The translations under genes were made by a program, and so were the position numbers. Below the pieces are notes generated by a model. The model did no database searches. It was given only the letters and a program-made list of their open reading frames with translations, and was not told the origin of the DNA. DNA of 64,000 nt from assembly GCA_050949565.1 (NCBI GenBank), contig JBMNFY010000002.1, forward strand, positions 1 through 64,000, read 5' to 3'. This DNA comes from Kiritimatiellia bacterium. Lineage in GTDB: Bacteria; Verrucomicrobiota; Kiritimatiellia; RFP12; UBA1067. Positions 60,897 to 64,000 of this stretch are shown piece by piece. Numbering within the stretch: the first letter of the stretch is position 1; the number at the start of each line of letters is the position of its first letter.

Positions 60897-63414
60897 CGAT
60901 TTCTTTCCGCAGCGTCCGGCATCGCAGCCTGCAATATACGCCTACGAGGACACGAACCCGCAGTATGCGGGCCTGCTTAAGGTGGGATACACAACCGTGG
61001 GCGCTAAAGAACGCGTTGCACAGCAGTATCCCACATTGCGCCCCGGTAAACTGCCATACTGCATTGTTCTGGAAGAGTCCGCTATGCGGAATGACGGCAG
61101 TGTGTTCACCGACCGCGATGTCCACAAGATGCTGCGGATCAACGGCGTAAAAAATCCAGAGGGCGAATGGTTCCGCTGTACGGTTGCTGATGTGAAATCG
61201 GCGATTATCGCCGTGCGGACCGGCCAACTGAGTGAGGAGAGCCGGTCACTGGATTTCAAGATGCGGCCGGAGCAGGAAGCGGCGGTCGCGAAGACGGCGG
61301 CCTATTTCACCAGTTGGCGCAAGGACAAGGCCAACGCCAACAAGCTCCCGCGTTTTCTCTGGAATGCCAAGATGCGCTTCGGGAAGACCTTTGCCGTCTA
61401 CCAACTCGCAAAGAAGATGAAATGGCGCAAAGTCCTCGTTTTGACGTTCAAACCGGCCGTGCAAAGCGCTTGGGAAGAGGACTTGAAGCGTCATGTCGAT
61501 TTTGAAGGCTGGCAGTTCATCAAGCCGGGCGGCCTGACATACGAAGAGGCCGACAAGAAGCGTCCGTTTGTCTGTTTCGGATCATTTCAAGACTATCTGG
61601 GACGGAACCCCAGCACCGGCGGCATCAAGACGAAGAACGAATGGGTGCATGCGACGAACTGGGATTGCGTCATTCTGGACGAATACCACTACGGCGCATG
61701 GCGGGAGAGCGCGAGGGAACTATTTGAAGCCGAGGACGAGAAAGAGATCGCTTTCGGAGAGGGAGAGGGCATCAAGATCTTCGACCAAGACATCATGCCG
61801 ATCACTACGGACGGCTACCTCTATCTCTCGGGCACGCCGTTCCGAGCCATTGCATCCGGTGAGTTCATCGAGGAACAAATCTATAACTGGACCTATTCGG
61901 ACGAGCAGCGGGCAAAGCAGGAGTGGGAGGGTCCCGATAACAACCCCTACGCCGCGCTACCCCGCATGGTGCTGCTGACTTACCAACTCCCGGATGCGAT
62001 CCGCGAAATCGCCATGCAGGGCGAGTTCAACGAATTCGACCTGAATGTTTTTTTCTCCGCTGAGGGGGTGGGCAATCAGGCGCATTTCAAATACGCGGAC
62101 GAGGTTCAGAAGTGGCTGGACCTGATTCGCGGTGCCTTCATGCCGACCAGCGTTGACAACCTGAAACTCGGTGCGCAGAGGCCGCCGATGCCCTTTTCTG
62201 ATGTGCGGCTCTTGGGCGTACTTTCTCACACGTTCTGGTTCCTGCCGAGCGTGGCGGCTTGTCACGCCATGCGCAACCTGTTGAAGAAGAGGCAGAATCG
62301 CTTCTACCACGACTACAAGATCATCGTGGCGGCGGGGAGTGCCGCCGGTATCGGCGCGGCGGCATTGCCCCCGGTGCTGGAGGCGATGGATGATCCGCTC
62401 ACGACCAAGACCATTACCCTCTCCTGCGGCAAGTTGACCACGGGTGTCACGGTGAGACCGTGGACGGGTATTCTCATGCTCCGTAATTCATCCAGCCCTG
62501 AAACCTACTTTCAGGCGGCTTTCCGTGTGCAATCCCCGTGGACGGTGTGCAACCCGGACGGCGAGTCGCCGAACGAAGAGCAAATCATTAAGGAGGAGTG
62601 CTACGTCTTCGACTTTGCTCCAGACAGGGCGTTGCGGCAGATTGCCGACTACAGTTGCCGCTTGAACGTCAACGAGGACAATCCAGAAAAGAAGGTGGAG
62701 GAGTTCATCCGCTTTCTGCCGGTTCTGGCTTACGACGGCAGTTCCATGAAACAGATTGACGCCGCCGGCATTCTCGATATAGCGATGAGCGGCACGTCGG
62801 CAACCCTGTTGGCGCGGCGGTGGCAAAGTGCCCTGTTGGTGAATGTGGATAACGACACCTTGCGTCGCCTTATGGCGAATGAGAAGGCGATGGATGCCCT
62901 TATGCGCATTGAGGGTTTCCGCAATCTGAATCAAGACATCGAGACGATTATCAACAAATCGGAAGCCGTAAAGAAGGCCCGCAAAGAGGCGAATGACGAA
63001 GAGCTTTGCACGAAAGAGAAACTGGAACTTTCTGAGGAGGAGAAGGAGTACAGGAATTTGCGGAAGAAGATTCAGGAAAACCTCATTAAGTTTGCCACGC
63101 GGATTCCCATCTTCATGTATCTGACCGATTACCGCGAACGGACGCTCAAGGACGTCATTACCCAACTGGAGCCGGGCCTGTTCAAGAAGGTCACGGGGTT
63201 GACAGTGAAAGACTTCGAGTTGCTGGTCAGTTTGGGAGTCTTTAACAGTGCTCTAATGAATGACGCAGTCTACAAGTTCAAACGCTACGAGGACGCAAGT
63301 CTGAGCTACACGGGGATCAACAGGCACGAGGGCGAGGACATCGGCCTTTATGATACGGTTATCACTCAGAGCGATGCGCTAAAGGTGTTTGAGAATGTTC
63401 CAGCCAATGAATGA
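60889..63414 (+). CDS. GIY-YIG/T5orf172 nuclease fused to SF2 (ResIII-like) helicase; restriction subunit
   Basis: IYAY..LLKVGYT..ER..EWF; KMRFGKT (Walker A), LDEYH, LSGTP, LTTGVT and QAAFRVQ. GTG 60889 overlaps the MTase stop. Confidence 0.9.
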   Translation: MSNDFFPQRPASQPAIYAYEDTNPQYAGLLKVGYTTVGAKERVAQQYPTLRPGKLPYCIVLEESAMRNDGSVFTDRDVHKMLRINGVKNPEGEWFRCTVADVKSAIIAVRTGQLSEESRSLDFKMRPEQEAAVAKTAAYFTSWRKDKANANKLPRFLWNAKMRFGKTFAVYQLAKKMKWRKVLVLTFKPAVQSAWEEDLKRHVDFEGWQFIKPGGLTYEEADKKRPFVCFGSFQDYLGRNPSTGGIKTKNEWVHATNWDCVILDEYHYGAWRESARELFEAEDEKEIAFGEGEGIKIFDQDIMPITTDGYLYLSGTPFRAIASGEFIEEQIYNWTYSDEQRAKQEWEGPDNNPYAALPRMVLLTYQLPDAIREIAMQGEFNEFDLNVFFSAEGVGNQAHFKYADEVQKWLDLIRGAFMPTSVDNLKLGAQRPPMPFSDVRLLGVLSHTFWFLPSVAACHAMRNLLKKRQNRFYHDYKIIVAAGSAAGIGAAALPPVLEAMDDPLTTKTITLSCGKLTTGVTVRPWTGILMLRNSSSPETYFQAAFRVQSPWTVCNPDGESPNEEQIIKEECYVFDFAPDRALRQIADYSCRLNVNEDNPEKKVEEFIRFLPVLAYDGSSMKQIDAAGILDIAMSGTSATLLARRWQSALLVNVDNDTLRRLMANEKAMDALMRIEGFRNLNQDIETIINKSEAVKKARKEANDEELCTKEKLELSEEEKEYRNLRKKIQENLIKFATRIPIFMYLTDYRERTLKDVITQLEPGLFKKVTGLTVKDFELLVSLGVFNSALMNDAVYKFKRYEDASLSYTGINRHEGEDIGLYDTVITQSDALKVFENVPANE

Positions 63415-63441
63415 AGAGTATCCAAGGAGAGATAGAGCGCT

Positions 63442-64000
63442 ATGATCAAGATGAGAAACTCGCTTTTCGCATTCGCCGCGCTGTGTTCCGTTCATGCGCT
63501 GGCTGCGGTCACGATGTCCAAGGTTGCCGAATACGATTTCGCCGTGGATGGGTGCGGTGGTATCGCCTACGCTGGCGGGAACCAGTTCTATGTTCTTCGT
63601 GATCACGGTGCCAACGGATATGCCGAACTCTATCCGCTGACAATCGGCTACAACACGTCATCCGGTGCGATTACCTCGCAGACGCTTGGGACCGCCGTAC
63701 AGCCGGGAATGCTGAAGGATGCGGAGGGCATCGCTTACGACCCCGGTAGCGGCGCGCTCTGGATCAGCGATGAGACGAAGCCCCCGACCATCGGCGAGTT
63801 CTATTCGAGCGGTTTCCAGACCGGACGTAACGCGCCGGTCCCCGCGATCCAAAACACGCACATGCGCGGGAACCTGTCGCTTGAAGCGCTGACCGTCTCC
63901 GGCGACGGACTCACCATGTGGACCGCCAATGAACAGGCGCTCACATGCGACGGGGATTCATCGAACGGCAGCACGTCCATCCAGACCGTCGTCCGCCTGA
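63442..64000 (+). CDS. Secreted phytase-like/esterase beta-propeller protein (partial, runs off window)
   Basis: AAGGAG RBS; signal peptide; DAEGIAYD..LWISDE and N.SLEALT.S.DG..MWTANE motifs. Confidence 0.75.
   Translation, partial: MIKMRNSLFAFAALCSVHALAAVTMSKVAEYDFAVDGCGGIAYAGGNQFYVLRDHGANGYAELYPLTIGYNTSSGAITSQTLGTAVQPGMLKDAEGIAYDPGSGALWISDETKPPTIGEFYSSGFQTGRNAPVPAIQNTHMRGNLSLEALTVSGDGLTMWTANEQALTCDGDSSNGSTSIQTVVRL

Overview
GC-rich bacterial chromosome segment, most consistent with an anaerobic, polysaccharide-degrading PVC-superphylum organism such as Kiritimatiellae. That taxonomy is an inference from gene content, short-repeat families and C-terminal motifs. Housekeeping genes: dedA, gpsA, plsY, rph, a UDP-glucuronate decarboxylase, larC and ilvC. 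Large secreted or glycan-active proteins: GH50-like, GH106, DUF1080, two uncharacterised GH-like proteins and a CotH/lamin-tail giant. There is a complete sigma54-controlled orange-protein (ORP)-type Fe-S/ATPase operon with a clear -24/-12 promoter, and a three-gene RM-like module (half-MTase, MTase, GIY-YIG helicase). The best novelty candidate is a polymorphic-toxin-like island at 49.2-54.5 kb: a very GC-rich 1293-aa exported protein whose C-terminal metzincin domain shifts abruptly in composition, followed by a membrane-anchored partner. Intergenic DNA is packed with several REP/MITE/short-tandem-repeat families, some read in frame into protein termini. A perfect 31-bp copy of the gpsA 3' end brackets a glycosyltransferase gene. 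Several genes appear to be leaderless. Six single-base frameshifts between 32.7 and 47.7 kb are probably sequencing errors. No rRNA, tRNA, CRISPR array, integrase or transposase was recognised.
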